Shown here one piece after another: positions 8,904 to 11,118 of a stretch of 11,118 nucleotides of DNA (position 1 is the first letter of the stretch; each line of letters begins with the position of its first letter). The notes under the pieces are model-generated. The model searched no databases, had not been told where the DNA came from, and was given only the letters and a program-made list of their open reading frames with translations. The translations under genes were made by a program, and so were the position numbers. Origin of the DNA: Amoeboradix gromovi X-113 (taxonomy: Eukaryota; Fungi; Sanchytriomycota); NCBI GenBank assembly GCA_018985225.1, contig JADGIF010000316.1:1-11118 (forward strand). The letters run 5' to 3'.

Positions 8904-9668
8904 TTAAATTGCGCCGATTCTGTATGAGTGATGGTAGTCACTGGAAGGATTTGAAATATTCTTGAAAGACATTTCTCGAAGCAAGGTACCATAAAATTCC
9001 ACTAAAACATTAATCCTCATCAAATAAGCTAGAGCTCTTAGCATTCCTACCAACTGTATATTCAAAATTTTAAAAATCATTAACGAGATGTCTAATAATA
9101 TCAGTACCACCATTGCTGTCTTTAATAAGGTTATTAATTTATTTTTCAATAGTTCACGATATTCCAGAAACATGTCTACTTTTATCCTTAGAACAACAAA
9201 CATGTATACTTCAGTGATACATATTATGGCACTAAACAACACAGTTATTACAGTTCCCATGTAATTGTATTGTGGCCATACTTGTCCAATTATATTTAAG
9301 GTAACTGCAGGTATTTGGAACAGCAATATAATCCATGGTGCGTACTCAATATAGATATCATGTTTTGAATAGTACCCCCCAAAAGATCTAATCCTAATGC
9401 AATACATCCAGCTTACACATTGGACCATAATTATCGAGAATGGTATACAGGTTATGCCAACCAAAAACCTATCTTCAAGGCTCCAAAAACTCACAGCATT
9501 TAGAAGTGTAGCCAGAGTAATCCCGTTAACTAGACCTACTATACAAAATCTAAAAATTTGGCTGTAATGATTTTCGAATACCTCGAATGCCTTCAAAATA
9601 CCGAGAATAAATAATATCCAGCATGCGCCCAATATCATGTTGGACAAGTTGATTGAGAAAATTGACAT
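8904..9668 (-). CDS. 7-transmembrane GPCR-like orphan membrane protein, paralog 3 (254 aa)
   Basis: First ATG at 9668 (the track uses TTG 9677). Contains LSNMILGACW, WMYCIRIRSFGGYYSKHDIYI, EVYMFVVLRIKVDMFLEYR and LRALAYLMRINVLVEFY. Confidence 0.87.
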   Translation of the reverse strand: MSIFSINLSNMILGACWILFILGILKAFEVFENHYSQIFRFCIVGLVNGITLATLLNAVSFWSLEDRFLVGITCIPFSIIMVQCVSWMYCIRIRSFGGYYSKHDIYIEYAPWIILLFQIPAVTLNIIGQVWPQYNYMGTVITVLFSAIICITEVYMFVVLRIKVDMFLEYRELLKNKLITLLKTAMVVLILLDISLMIFKILNIQLVGMLRALAYLMRINVLVEFYGTLLREMSFKNISNPSSDYHHSYRIGAI

Positions 9669-10321
9669 TTCTCTCAAGCTAGGTTTTATCTCCGCCAGTC
9701 ATGAGCATATGATTTTTTAAAATATGGCAAATTTGTTTCAGCAGTACAGGTTGCAACATGGTAAGATAACATGGTATGAGACATAGTACATCATTGGATT
9801 ATAGAATATTCCTATTTTCCTTCACATAATTGGAACATGAGACTCTATGATTTAGCTAATGAATCTTTAACCCGCCAGACTAGACTGATAACAATCTAAC
9901 TTTTCAAATAATGACTCGAGTATGCAAGCACATTACAACTGGTACACATATGTGGCTGAATAGATGTTGGATGAGATGGCGCTTTTAATATCTTGGCTAT
10001 ATAGGCACTTCTTTTGACTCACTGCACCGTACGTTATGCTCCAAACACTGGCCACTTGTTGGCAACACATGGCCTGTCTTTGGATATCTTTTCCATTTAA
10101 TCATCTCTTATTCTTCTTCAAAATAAGCAATTCTCTATTTTGAATAAATTTGTTATTGCAATTATCTCTTAGGGGTCCACTTAAAAACTAGACCAACTAA
10201 TTTTTATAGAGATGATACCCATAATTCAAATTGTTTACAGCTCACAAGTACAACTAAATGAGATCAGATTCCAAACTGGTAAAAGCCTGGGTAAGTCTAT
10301 CAGCAGCTTTTCCTTCTGACC

Positions 10322-11118
10322 TACTCCTCGATAAAAGTCCTGATTTCCGGGAAAATCGAGAATTTCCACAGAGAAACTAGCAATGTTAGATCTCCGTTAC
10401 AGTGATTGCTCACGGTTTCCCTACCCTGAGGAGGGATTAAATAAGGATGCATATACTTGATGTATATGTTCCTTGCTGCCATATGATCTCTATCTTCAAA
10501 TGACAATTTGTACATGTGTATGTTTCCAAGTTGGTTTTCTTTAGAGTACCACACCTTGTACATGTCTGACTAGTAAATGCTTCATTACATTCGATTATCG
10601 TCTTTCCTCTTTGGTTACATTTGAACTTCAAGCGTTCCTTGAATGTGTAATGGGACATTGTAGCCATATCTCTTGCTACTTGCTCGACAAGCTACTTATC
10701 ACTTGACTAGTATTAAAAGAGGGTAAGTATATCAGATCATACGCCTTTGTGAGGTAATCACATATCTTCTTATGACAATCCTCTCTAAGACTCTTTACAC
10801 GCTGTATAAGTCTATACATGACCTTTTTATACTTGCGCTTCCTTTTTGATTGTGTTATTTTTGATTGTACTTTATCGATTGCGTATCAATACTTTTTGAT
10901 ATGATGGAATTCATGTGAGCAAAACTCCAAGATATTTTCACCGTCGTATCCCGTCAAAAACTTTCATACACCTGGATCTAATGCAATCACTTTTTCAATT
11001 ATCTTTGGTTCTTCAGGAACATACTCAGAAGGTATATGTACGAAAAACTCATTGAGTCTATTTCGAGTTATCTTTACAGCACCACTGACGTCATCACTAA
11101 CCCACTTTTCTACACCCT
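10322..11118 (-). mobile_element. Fanzor2-encoding transposon (copy C); right end at ~10322-10324, continues beyond the window
   Basis: Homology with copy B stops abruptly at TACTCCTC (10322 / 3416) with unrelated flanks. Carries a Fanzor2-type nuclease pseudogene. Confidence 0.88.
10324..10474 (-). ncRNA. Putative omegaRNA (fRNA) scaffold of copy C; the guide would be the flank below 10324
   Basis: Hairpins in RNA sense: AAGGA-A-CAUAUAC-AUCAA-GUAUAUG-CA-UCCUU (10443-10474); UCCCU..AGGGA; GUGA-GCAA-UCAC; CGGAG..CUCUG; GAUUU..AAAUC. Internal CUCCUC (10428-10433) is complementary to terminal GAGGAG (10324-10329). The 5' boundary is a guess. Confidence 0.6.

Larger units (their letters stand above)
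10321..11118 (-). pseudogene. Fz2: Fanzor2 / IS607-TnpB-like RNA-guided endonuclease, disrupted, N-terminus outside the window
   Basis: Manual translation: GVEKWVSDDVSGAVKITRNRLNEFFVHIPSEYVPEEPKIIEKVIALDPGV*KFLTGYDGENILEFCSHEFHHIKKY*YAIDKVQSKITQSKRKRKYKKVMYRLIQRVKSLREDCHKKICDYLTKAYDLIYLPSFNTSQVISSLSSK / ARDMATMSHYTFKERLKFKCNQRGKTIIECNEAFTSQTCTRCG..YTCTNCHLKI / RDHMAARNIY. It has RuvC-I DPG (D at 10976-10978), a CxxC..CxxC Zn finger and RuvC-III RD. TGA stops are at 10964-10966 and 10886-10888, and frameshifts are at ~10679 (-1) and ~10491 (-4). Confidence 0.93.

Noticed and set aside
9925-9955. Minus-strand HMCTSCNV as a fourth Fanzor Zn-finger remnant
   Set aside because: An isolated CxxC with no preceding TSxxC and no following DRD motif.
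10457-10461. TTGAT in the hairpin loop, identical to the ISDra2 TnpB TAM
   Set aside because: A 5-mer that is common in AT-rich DNA, internal to the element and from a different family. A TAM would lie at the left flank.
10321-10667. Track ORFs 10321-10563 and 10437-10667 as independent genes
   Set aside because: They are frameshifted pieces of the single Fanzor pseudogene.

Overview
AT-rich, compact eukaryotic DNA with no obvious introns. The fungal-type histone H3 suggests an early-diverging fungus, possibly a chytrid; this is inference. Host genes are a SHOC1/Zip2-like XPF-family protein, a slightly divergent histone H3 with a TATA + triple-CCAAT promoter, three paralogous ~253-aa 7TM receptor-like proteins, and a cytidine deaminase fused to an unknown ~250-aa N-terminal region. 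The main result is three decayed copies of one Fanzor2-type (eukaryotic TnpB/OMEGA RNA-guided nuclease) element, all on the minus strand: copy A ~117-433, copy B 3416-3823 and copy C 10322->11118. The ORF track shows only fragments of copy C. Copies B and C have complementary lesions, so the C-terminal RuvC-II/Zn-finger/RuvC-III part can be rebuilt. Their shared end marks the element terminus and a structured putative omegaRNA scaffold, and the protein frame runs through almost the whole scaffold in all three copies. Copy B ends 12 bp from the H3 CCAAT boxes, so its predicted guide is H3 promoter sequence.
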